A DNA stretch of 15,788 nucleotides from Myxococcota bacterium (GTDB taxonomy: Bacteria > Myxococcota > UBA4151). A program made the translations under genes and the position numbers. This document shows positions 7,350 through 14,482 of the stretch, in pieces (within the stretch, counting starts at the first letter, position 1; each line of letters begins with the position of its first letter). The DNA is taken from positions 1 to 15,788 of the forward strand of contig JBDQPD010000079.1 in the NCBI GenBank assembly GCA_040260805.1, in the 5' to 3' direction. The notes below the pieces were generated by a model. The model was not told the origin of the DNA, did not search any database, and saw only the letters and a list, made by a program, of their open reading frames with translations.

Positions 7350-8294
7350 TTAGGCACCTGCGGCTCGTTGCTGAAGGAAGTTCAACAAGACCGAGTTGAT
7401 CGCTTTGGGCGCCTCGACGATGGGTGCATGAGCTGTGTCGGGGATGATCTCAAGTTCGGCTCGGTCCCCTAAGTGAACTTGGAGCCTTTGCGCTAAGGAC
7501 ACCGGAAATAAGCGATCATGCTCGCCCCAAATGATTTGGACTGGATGATGTCGTTGTTGCTCGGTGTGCGGCTCATCGAGGTATTGGATCAAGTTGTCGA
7601 GTAACGCGATGCGCTCGGTGCGAAATCCTTTGAACAAGTTTTGGTGGGCGTCACGCCAGGCAAAGCGAGGCACTTTTGGCGGTCGATGATACGCAAGCTG
7701 CATCAGCAAAGGGAGCGTCGACGGCTCATCAGGAACCAGCAATTGATTCATGTCGGGGATATCGAAGCGCAGCAGCACTTGCTGATAATCGTCTGGACTC
7801 ATGACCGTGGCAGGGCAATCGATCAGCGTCAGACTTCGGACCAAGTCCGGGTCGTCATTAGCGATCAAGAAGCTGACAAACCCACCGTACGAAATACCGG
7901 CTAGATGCACGGGAGAACCGACCTGCTCGAGCAGGTGCCGAATGGCTTTAGCTTGGCTCTCGAGGCTCGGCTCGGCTCCGCCTCCGTCGCTTTCGCCGAA
8001 CCAGAGCAAATCCGGAACCAACAGACGATAATGTTTGGAGAGCTCGCCCACCATATCAGCCCATTGCCAAAGGCAGCTGCCGCCAAAGCCATGCAGGAGA
8101 ACGAGCGTCTCGTCACCTTGACCGCCAGACCAAACATGGAGGTGTCCGGTATCGAGGCTCAGCCGATGGGGGACTAATCCAGCGCGCCGGAACCGCTGCT
8201 TCAGAACCTTCCGCACCCATCGGGTCGGGCTGCTCAATCCCGCCTTCAGTCGTCGAAGCGACCAGCCATTGGGTGCTCGTTCGAGGGCTTCCAT
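7350..8294 (-). CDS. Alpha/beta-fold hydrolase (lipase/esterase-like)
   Basis: LLHGFGG oxyanion motif, GISYGG nucleophile elbow, WGEHD acid residue, AHAP catalytic His. Start moved from GTG 8312 to ATG 8294, which forms a TGATG overlap with the upstream stop. Confidence 0.88.
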   Translation of the reverse strand: MEALERAPNGWSLRRLKAGLSSPTRWVRKVLKQRFRRAGLVPHRLSLDTGHLHVWSGGQGDETLVLLHGFGGSCLWQWADMVGELSKHYRLLVPDLLWFGESDGGGAEPSLESQAKAIRHLLEQVGSPVHLAGISYGGFVSFLIANDDPDLVRSLTLIDCPATVMSPDDYQQVLLRFDIPDMNQLLVPDEPSTLPLLMQLAYHRPPKVPRFAWRDAHQNLFKGFRTERIALLDNLIQYLDEPHTEQQRHHPVQIIWGEHDRLFPVSLAQRLQVHLGDRAELEIIPDTAHAPIVEAPKAINSVLLNFLQQRAAGA

Positions 8295-9049
8295 CAGGTC
8301 CCGCAAAGACACATCGGTGTATTGGTCAACTCTTGGTTGGTGAGCTCGCCGGCTAGCGTGAACCAGGTCCGACTTGGGCTGCGATTGGGGATCTCTTCAC
8401 GGCTCATCGTAAAGCGCGACCAGCCCCCTTCGAAGACAAAGCTCCCCAAAGGTTGGTGGTAGTTTTCGGCTTGAGGGTTGTCGCCTTCTTCGAGGCCGCC
8501 GGTGCTGCAGAACAGGCCCTCACACGCGACATTTCCGCGGGTTTGGTAATCGTTCAGACAGCCTGGTCCTTCAGCCGCTTGCTCCGGGGTCCAGCTGTCC
8601 TTATCCACGCCGCGTCGATCGTTTGCGGTGCAGCGCCCCCAGGTCAGGGTGTCGTCGCTGCGTTCACCTTCGGCGACGCCGCAGGGGTTGGGCCCAGCGT
8701 GCACTTGGACGTCGGTGGTCGTCTCGATCCCGAACGCGGTGACCGTGAATTGCTCGCCGTGCTCAAAGTCGACGATTCGTGCTGTCCCCATCGCCGGCTC
8801 ACCGCCTTCGTCATCAACCCGCAAGATCAGCGTGCCGGGCGTCAATGGGCGCTCTGCGTTTCCCATGCCAGCCGTGGTATCGGTGATCTCGAAGTTGCCG
8901 CTGATCGTGTAAGTGAGCAGCCAAGAGTCTCCGCAGTTCCCCACGCCACCATCTCGAATCGTCGAGCCGGCATCCGCCCCGGGTGTAGGGGTCGAGGGGT
9001 CATCGGCACAGCCGGTCAAAGCGAGGAGTAGGATCAGAGCATAGCGCAT
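8294..9049 (-). CDS. Hypothetical lipoprotein (251 aa)
   Basis: ATG 9049 is preceded by TAAGGAG at 9 nt spacing. MRYALILLLALTGC is a clear lipoprotein signal, followed by a Pro/Gly/Thr linker and a domain with 8 further Cys. The track start at 9223 overlaps the DUF3604 gene. Confidence 0.8.
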   Translation of the reverse strand: MRYALILLLALTGCADDPSTPTPGADAGSTIRDGGVGNCGDSWLLTYTISGNFEITDTTAGMGNAERPLTPGTLILRVDDEGGEPAMGTARIVDFEHGEQFTVTAFGIETTTDVQVHAGPNPCGVAEGERSDDTLTWGRCTANDRRGVDKDSWTPEQAAEGPGCLNDYQTRGNVACEGLFCSTGGLEEGDNPQAENYHQPLGSFVFEGGWSRFTMSREEIPNRSPSRTWFTLAGELTNQELTNTPMCLCGT

Positions 9050-9099
9050 GGTGATAGGCTCCTTAGCCCAAGGGGCGCGAAGCGAGCAACTAGCGGTCA

Positions 9100-10998
9100 T
9101 CATGGCGTGAACCAAATCGGTGAGGACCACGCTCGCTCGCTGATCACCTTGGGCAGCTCGGCTTGGTCGCACACCGCAGGACGAGCGTCCCCTGTGAGCT
9201 GACCGCATAGGTAGGCGTTCCAACGACAGGTTGGCTCGGCGATCACGCGCGCATAATAAAAGGCGTGGTCATCGGCGTCGAAGGATTCGTCGGTCCACGT
9301 GGCGCATAAACTCGATGAACCGCTCCCCGAGACCGTGCAGGTGTTGGGGTCGGTTTGGAAGGTGCCGCTCCCGTTCGCCAGGGTATGAACGGTGCGGCGC
9401 GCAACGCCTTGTGCATCCACCCATCCTTTGATGATTTGAATCTGCGCAAGCGGGGCACCAGGCTCATCGGCGCTGCCCGGGTCTTGAAGCGCCTGGAGTA
9501 AGAAGGTGGGTTGGGATGAGAAGAACCCGGGCGCCTCTAAATCTGAGCCCATCGGCACGCCCTCTTGGTACGCTTGAGCCACCATCTCACTGTTCGTGCA
9601 CAGCTCGCTGTCGAGCCCAAAGCCGCCAAAGAAGCGAAGCGCAATGCGTGGCCCGGAGGTGCCGTAGACCTCGCGCCGCTTCAAGGCTTCAAAGAGCGCG
9701 TCCCTGGAGTTCTCCTGCGCCCACACACCGACTAAGCCGCCCGGGCTGTCTCGCCAGGTCCCGGCGGTAATATCGTCGCCCGAGAGGCGGTCGTTGGGGT
9801 CTCCGTCGTCGGTCCCTTTATGCCCAGCAAAGTTGGCTTCAGAGACCGCACCAGGCGTGGCGTTGTGCGTGTCGGTGCTGGCGATGATGCCGAGCTTGAG
9901 GGGGTTGATGCCTTGGATCCGTTGACGCTTCAGGCCTTCGATCAGCGCCCCGCGCGCAAAGTCGGTCTGACTGACGCAGCCTTGAGCGAGCATGCCAAAC
10001 CCACCGATGCCATCGATGCAGTCTTCAAAACCAGGTTCATGAACCTTCTCAAACGAACAGAACTCGTCGGGTGCCCCGAGCGGTGATTCGAAACCTTCCA
10101 TGCATTCGCTGTCGCCTTTGTGCTGATAGATCTCCATCAAAGGTTCCATCCGTTGGCGAAGTTTGAGGCTCTCTACATTGGCTTGGGCGCCGGCAAAGGC
10201 TGGCGCGAACATACGGCCATTGGAGAGGTTTGAGTTGTGCGGGATCATCAGGACCTCGCAGCCTTCAATAGCCGAGCAGTCTTGATCGACTGAGCGGTAG
10301 AGTTCAGCGCTGGTCGGCGCTTCAAAAAAGCTGGTCGGCCGAGCGGGAACTGCGGCGCTTCGAAAGATGACGTTTCGGTGCAGGTTCGAAACCTCCACAG
10401 CGCTCGAGTACTCATAGCCGATCAACGAGGTAAATTGGCACGCATCGGTCCGGTCGTAAGCCGCCTCGGCAGCGTCTTGGACTAGCTTCCATGCGCTCAG
10501 CGCGTGTTCTGCGCATTCGCTTTGAGGGTCTCGACACCAGGCGAAGCGTTGAGGGGTTGGGTTCGAGAGTTGAACGCCAAAGTTGAAGGTCGCACCGCCG
10601 GCGCTGCGCAAGCCCTGACAGGTGGCGTTGTCGTAGTCGGGCGAATCAGGGTCGATGCAGCTCGCAATCTCGCCAAAGTACTCGGCGTGATCGGTCACCG
10701 CTGCGAAGTCGAGCGGCCGATCGAGCTTGAGCTGTCGCATCGACTCTCCGTTCTCGTCATAGGGCGGTAGCGCAATCGTCTCGCCGCGAGCGAAGGCATA
10801 AGCGTCAACCGGTCCGGCTCTGAGCTGACTTGAAAAGGCATCAAACGAGAGGGCCGTATGAACGTGCAGATCACCCCAGTAAAGCTGCCGATGAGGATCA
10901 TTTTGAGCACATTGGACACGGGTCTCGGTGCGCTGAATCTCGTAGGGTTCGTAGTCCGAACACCCCATCAGCACTACCCACCAAAAACCCGCGCGCAT
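9100..10998 (-). CDS. DUF3604 family protein (PHP-like putative metallohydrolase), predicted lipoprotein
   Basis: WGDLHVHTALSFDA, RPLDFAAVTDHAE, GYEYSS, NLHRNVIFR, IPHNSNLSNG, EIYQHKGDSE, STDTHNATPG, KRREVYGTSGPRI, GVPMGSDL and ERAWSSPIW motifs. Start at ATG 10998 or 11001 overlaps the upstream TGA; lipobox-like VLMGC. Confidence 0.9.
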   Translation of the reverse strand: MRAGFWWVVLMGCSDYEPYEIQRTETRVQCAQNDPHRQLYWGDLHVHTALSFDAFSSQLRAGPVDAYAFARGETIALPPYDENGESMRQLKLDRPLDFAAVTDHAEYFGEIASCIDPDSPDYDNATCQGLRSAGGATFNFGVQLSNPTPQRFAWCRDPQSECAEHALSAWKLVQDAAEAAYDRTDACQFTSLIGYEYSSAVEVSNLHRNVIFRSAAVPARPTSFFEAPTSAELYRSVDQDCSAIEGCEVLMIPHNSNLSNGRMFAPAFAGAQANVESLKLRQRMEPLMEIYQHKGDSECMEGFESPLGAPDEFCSFEKVHEPGFEDCIDGIGGFGMLAQGCVSQTDFARGALIEGLKRQRIQGINPLKLGIIASTDTHNATPGAVSEANFAGHKGTDDGDPNDRLSGDDITAGTWRDSPGGLVGVWAQENSRDALFEALKRREVYGTSGPRIALRFFGGFGLDSELCTNSEMVAQAYQEGVPMGSDLEAPGFFSSQPTFLLQALQDPGSADEPGAPLAQIQIIKGWVDAQGVARRTVHTLANGSGTFQTDPNTCTVSGSGSSSLCATWTDESFDADDHAFYYARVIAEPTCRWNAYLCGQLTGDARPAVCDQAELPKVISERAWSSPIWFTP

Positions 10999-11906
10999 CA
11001 TGTCCCCAGATCGAAACTGCGTTGAATCAACCAAAAGGCTGAGAGCCCTCCGGCGCTGTAGGCTAGCGTATGTTGGGCAAACTGTCCGGGTATCCAGCGA
11101 AGCAGCAAGACGACCCCTAGTAACCAAGCCACTTGCGCCACTTCCACGCCCAGGTTGAACAAGGCGACCGCGCTCACGAGCTCCCAGCCCGCTAAGCCGG
11201 TCGACGAGAACCCAGATGCTAAGCCCAAACCGTGCAGCAGGCCAAACCCAAGGAGCATGGCTAAAGGCAGCTGGGCTTCACGCCGCAAGCTGAGCCACGC
11301 CATGAACATCAGACTCAGCGCGATGCATGCCTCGATCGGCGCAAGCCGAAGATCCAAACCCGTCAAAGCGACCCACGTCAGACTCACCGCATGACCGGCC
11401 GTAAAAGCGAGGGTCGCTGTGAGCAGAGCAGGCAGTGATAGGTGATGAACGGCGATCAGCGCGATCAGCAAAAGATGATCCCAGCCTTTGATCAGGTGCC
11501 CCATACCTGCGCTGAAATGGGCGCTCGAGACCTTGGGCGACCGGTCCGTGAAATCGAGCGCTGCGCCGCCTCGGCTGACCCGCTGAATCGATGCCGAATC
11601 ATCGATGAGCGAAGCCATCAACGAGCCTTCATAGCGTCCCTCTAGGCTGAGTGAAACGGATCGAATGGGTTGCTCGCATGCCCATGCGCTGCTCAAATGA
11701 AGCGCATCACCGATAGGCTTCCAGCCCGCTAAGCTGACACAACCCGCTGGCGGCAGGGGCCTGAGCCGGTGTTTGGCCGCCTGGCGGTTGAGCGAGAGAT
11801 TGAGCGTGACGCCGTCGCGTTGGTCGATCACCAATCGCGCGAGGCCCATTCGATGCGCATGAGCGGGGGTTGCGACGAAGACAACGAGCAACGCGAGCCC
11901 GCGCAT
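10998..11906 (-). CDS. HupE/UreJ family (HupE_UreJ_2-type) membrane protein
   Basis: Signal peptide ending AHAH, a soluble domain, then hydrophobic helices with GHLIKGWDHLL, AFTAGHAVSL, FGLLHGLGLA and FNLGVEVAQ. TGATG overlaps at both ends. Confidence 0.88.
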   Translation of the reverse strand: MRGLALLVVFVATPAHAHRMGLARLVIDQRDGVTLNLSLNRQAAKHRLRPLPPAGCVSLAGWKPIGDALHLSSAWACEQPIRSVSLSLEGRYEGSLMASLIDDSASIQRVSRGGAALDFTDRSPKVSSAHFSAGMGHLIKGWDHLLLIALIAVHHLSLPALLTATLAFTAGHAVSLTWVALTGLDLRLAPIEACIALSLMFMAWLSLRREAQLPLAMLLGFGLLHGLGLASGFSSTGLAGWELVSAVALFNLGVEVAQVAWLLGVVLLLRWIPGQFAQHTLAYSAGGLSAFWLIQRSFDLGT

Positions 11907-12688
11907 CAGGGCGTCGTACCGTAGCGCTGACGCAGTGATTTAAGCGCTTCATCGACGGTCGCCTTGCGGCGCTCCAGCAGCCAATCCTTTTGCACGCTTG
12001 AGGCGACATCTTCGAGCTGCGCCACACCGCTCGAATTGCGCTCGGTCAGCCGCACCAAATGCAGCCCAAAGGTTGAGCTCAGTGGTACCCATCGATCATC
12101 TTTTTCGAGCGCCCAAAGACGATGCGCAAAGCCCTCGCCAAAACGGATCTCGAGCTGGGTTTGGGCTTGCCTTTTAAGCGATCGACCGTGCGCAAAGGCG
12201 TCGCTTTGAACAAGCCGTGATGCGCTGAGGTTTTCGCTCGCTTTTTGTCGCCTTTGCTCGGCGTCTTTACCGGTGAAGAAATGATGCTCGAAGCTTCGGT
12301 TTGCCGGTCGGCTGTAGCGTTTGGGATGGGCGAGCAGAAAAGCTTGGAGTTGGCTTTGGGTAGGGGGCTCAACAGGTGTAGATTCGGCTAAGAAGAACCG
12401 CATCACTTGCGCCAGACGCCGCCGCACAATCGGGTCGTCATCGACCAACTCGAGACGTCGAGCCTCTCGCACTAAAATCTCTTCATCTTCCCAGGACCGG
12501 ATGGCTTGTTCGAGCATGGCTTCGCTGAAGTCGGCTCGCCGCTCAAGGTCGCTGCGCAGCGCGGCGCGCTGAGCGTCGCTGACGTGGACCGCCGTCCTCG
12601 TCTCGGGAATGAGCATGAAATCCACAGCAAATAGGGCTGCGCCCAACAACATGAAGACCATCAGCGGGTGGCGTAATCTCTGGACCAT
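11906..12688 (-). CDS. Membrane-anchored PpiC/parvulin-like (Rotamase_2) peptidyl-prolyl isomerase family protein
   Basis: RHPLMVFMLLGAALF anchor, EEILVREARRLELVDDDPIVRRRLAQ, SFEHHFF, FGEGFA and WVPLSSTFGLHLV motifs. ATG 12688 has GAGGA upstream; the track start at 12814 would run across the operator and into kstD. Confidence 0.82.
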   Translation of the reverse strand: MVQRLRHPLMVFMLLGAALFAVDFMLIPETRTAVHVSDAQRAALRSDLERRADFSEAMLEQAIRSWEDEEILVREARRLELVDDDPIVRRRLAQVMRFFLAESTPVEPPTQSQLQAFLLAHPKRYSRPANRSFEHHFFTGKDAEQRRQKASENLSASRLVQSDAFAHGRSLKRQAQTQLEIRFGEGFAHRLWALEKDDRWVPLSSTFGLHLVRLTERNSSGVAQLEDVASSVQKDWLLERRKATVDEALKSLRQRYGTTP

Positions 12689-12741
12689 AAACCGGGCATT
12701 CCTCGTAGTGTGGTACTTTGTCCAGAGTGCACGGGAAAAAT

Positions 12742-12755
12742 TGAAACATGTTTCA
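12742..12755. promoter_or_regulatory. KstR-type operator, TGAAACATGTTTCA
   Basis: Perfect 14-bp palindrome and exact match to TnnAACnnGTTnnA, near the middle of the divergent intergenic region (53 bp from ATG 12688, 44 bp from ATG 12800). Confidence 0.85.
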
Positions 12756-12763
12756 GTTGCGCC

Positions 12764-12792
12764 TTGACCCGGCTCGACACGAGCACGATGCT
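12764..12792 (+). promoter_or_regulatory. Candidate sigma70-type promoter for kstD (TTGACC-N17-GATGCT)
   Basis: Near-consensus -35 at 12764-12769, 17-bp spacer, weak -10 at 12787-12792; lies 8 bp downstream of the operator. Confidence 0.35.
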
Positions 12793-12799
12793 GCACGAG

Positions 12800-14482
12800 A
12801 TGAGTGAGCGTCATGTCGACTTAGTTGTGGTGGGTAGCGGTGCTGCGGGCATGGCGGCGGCTCTGCGCGCTCATGACCAGGGCATGAAGGTCTTGGTGGT
12901 TGAAAAAAGCCCCCATTATGGAGGGTCAACGGCGATGTCCGGCGGCGTGTGTTGGGTTCCCAACAACTCGACGATGACTCGACCTGATAGTGACCAAGAG
13001 GCTCTGGATTACTTGCTTCACATCACGGGTGAACATGGCGATGCGGAGGCGCTAGCCGTCTACGTTCGTGAAAGTCAGCGTATGCTCGACTACCTCACCA
13101 AGAACAGCCGAGTGCGCTTTGATGCGATCGAGAAATACGCCGACTACTACGCCGAAGCGCCTGGCGGTAAAGCGGGCGGTCGCTCGATGGAGAGTCGACC
13201 CTTTGACGGGACCGCGCTGGGCGAGGCGTTGCGTGAGCTCCGCCCGCCGCATCCACAGAGTCAGATCCTTGGAAAGTTTGGGATCACTGCCGGGATGGCG
13301 CATTCGCTATTGACCGGCGGTTGGCGCGGGACGGTTTTGATGGCTTGGTGCTTCTTGGGGTACCTGCTGCGCAGCTTTAAACGCCGTCGTTACGGTCGAG
13401 ACACCCGTTTGTTTGCTGGCAATGCCTTAGCCGGTCGTTTGCGCTGGTCGCTCCTTGATCGAGGGGTCGAAGTCGCGCTCGATACAGGCCTTGAAGGATT
13501 ACTTGAAGAGGACGGTCGCGTGGTGGGCTGTACGGTTCGCTGCCATGATCAAATTCAAACGCTACGCGCTCGGTATGGGGTTATTCTCGCCGCTGGTGGC
13601 TTTGAGAAGAATGCAGAAATGCGGGCTCAATATGGTCCTCAGCCGAGCAGCACTGAGTGGAGCGCAGCGAGCCCTTACTCACAAGGTGAGGGGATTCGAG
13701 CGGGCGCAGATCTAGGTGCTGCTTTAGACTTGATGGATGATGCTTGGTGGACCCCAACCACGGTCGTTCCTAAATCGGACTTGGGTTGGGTTTTGGTGGT
13801 CGAAAAGAACCTCCCAGGGTCGATTTTCGTCAACCACAAAGCCGAACGGTTTTGCAACGAAGCCGGGCCTTATGTCGATGCGGGGCGCGCCTTGTATGAG
13901 GATCATGAGCGAAGCGGCGGCGCTGTTCCATCGTTCATGATCTTCGACGCTCAGTTTCGTCACCGCTACCCGGTGGGTCCTGTCGCTCCAGGTTATGCAG
14001 CCCCGGACAGTCGAACGCCTCGACGCCTCAAAGAAGGGTTCATGCACCGATCCGATTCGCTCGAAGAGCTGGCTGCAAAACTGGATTTACCACTTGAACA
14101 ACTGAAGCAAACTATCGAGCGATTTAATGCCCAAGCTCAAGCGGGTCATGATGATGATTTTCAGCGTGGAGATACGTTGTCGGATCGTTATTATGGTGAC
14201 CCTAGAGGGCACAAAAACCCCTGTTTAGCGGCGATTGCTCAGGCGCCTTTTTATGCGATTAAAGTGTTCCCGGGCGATTTGGGAACGAAGGGCGGAGTGT
14301 GCACGGACAGCGGCGCTCGAGTCCGCCGCGAAGATGGTTCGATCATCCCCGGTCTTTACGCGGCTGGAAACAACTCGGCTTCAGTCATGGCGCGAACCTA
14401 CCCTGGCGCAGGCGGGACGATTGGACCGGCTTTGACCTTTGGTTTTTTAGCGGCTGAATCGGCTTGGGCGGATGGCTCATGA
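12800..14482 (+). CDS. kstD: 3-ketosteroid delta1-dehydrogenase (FAD-dependent)
   Basis: DLVVVGSGAAG FAD motif, GGSTAMSGG, YADYY, NEAGPYVD, GDLGTKGG, GLYAAGN and YPGAGGTIGP; the three Tyr-containing motifs sit where KstD active-site tyrosines are expected. Start is ATG 12800 or 12788. Confidence 0.85.
   Translation: MSERHVDLVVVGSGAAGMAAALRAHDQGMKVLVVEKSPHYGGSTAMSGGVCWVPNNSTMTRPDSDQEALDYLLHITGEHGDAEALAVYVRESQRMLDYLTKNSRVRFDAIEKYADYYAEAPGGKAGGRSMESRPFDGTALGEALRELRPPHPQSQILGKFGITAGMAHSLLTGGWRGTVLMAWCFLGYLLRSFKRRRYGRDTRLFAGNALAGRLRWSLLDRGVEVALDTGLEGLLEEDGRVVGCTVRCHDQIQTLRARYGVILAAGGFEKNAEMRAQYGPQPSSTEWSAASPYSQGEGIRAGADLGAALDLMDDAWWTPTTVVPKSDLGWVLVVEKNLPGSIFVNHKAERFCNEAGPYVDAGRALYEDHERSGGAVPSFMIFDAQFRHRYPVGPVAPGYAAPDSRTPRRLKEGFMHRSDSLEELAAKLDLPLEQLKQTIERFNAQAQAGHDDDFQRGDTLSDRYYGDPRGHKNPCLAAIAQAPFYAIKVFPGDLGTKGGVCTDSGARVRREDGSIIPGLYAAGNNSASVMARTYPGAGGTIGPALTFGFLAAESAWADGS

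Noticed and set aside
8453..9031. 192-aa plus-strand ORF
   Set aside because: Entirely antisense to the lipoprotein gene, which has the SD, lipobox and operon coupling.
9050..11127. Track starts at 9223 and 11127
   Set aside because: Both overlap the upstream genes by more than 100 bp; the downstream ATGs (9049 and 10998/11001) yield proper signal peptides.
12710..12814. Apparent head-to-head overlap of kstD (12710) and the PPIase (12814)
   Set aside because: Artefact of longest-ORF calling; family-typical N-termini begin at 12688 and 12788/12800, leaving an intergenic region that holds the operator.
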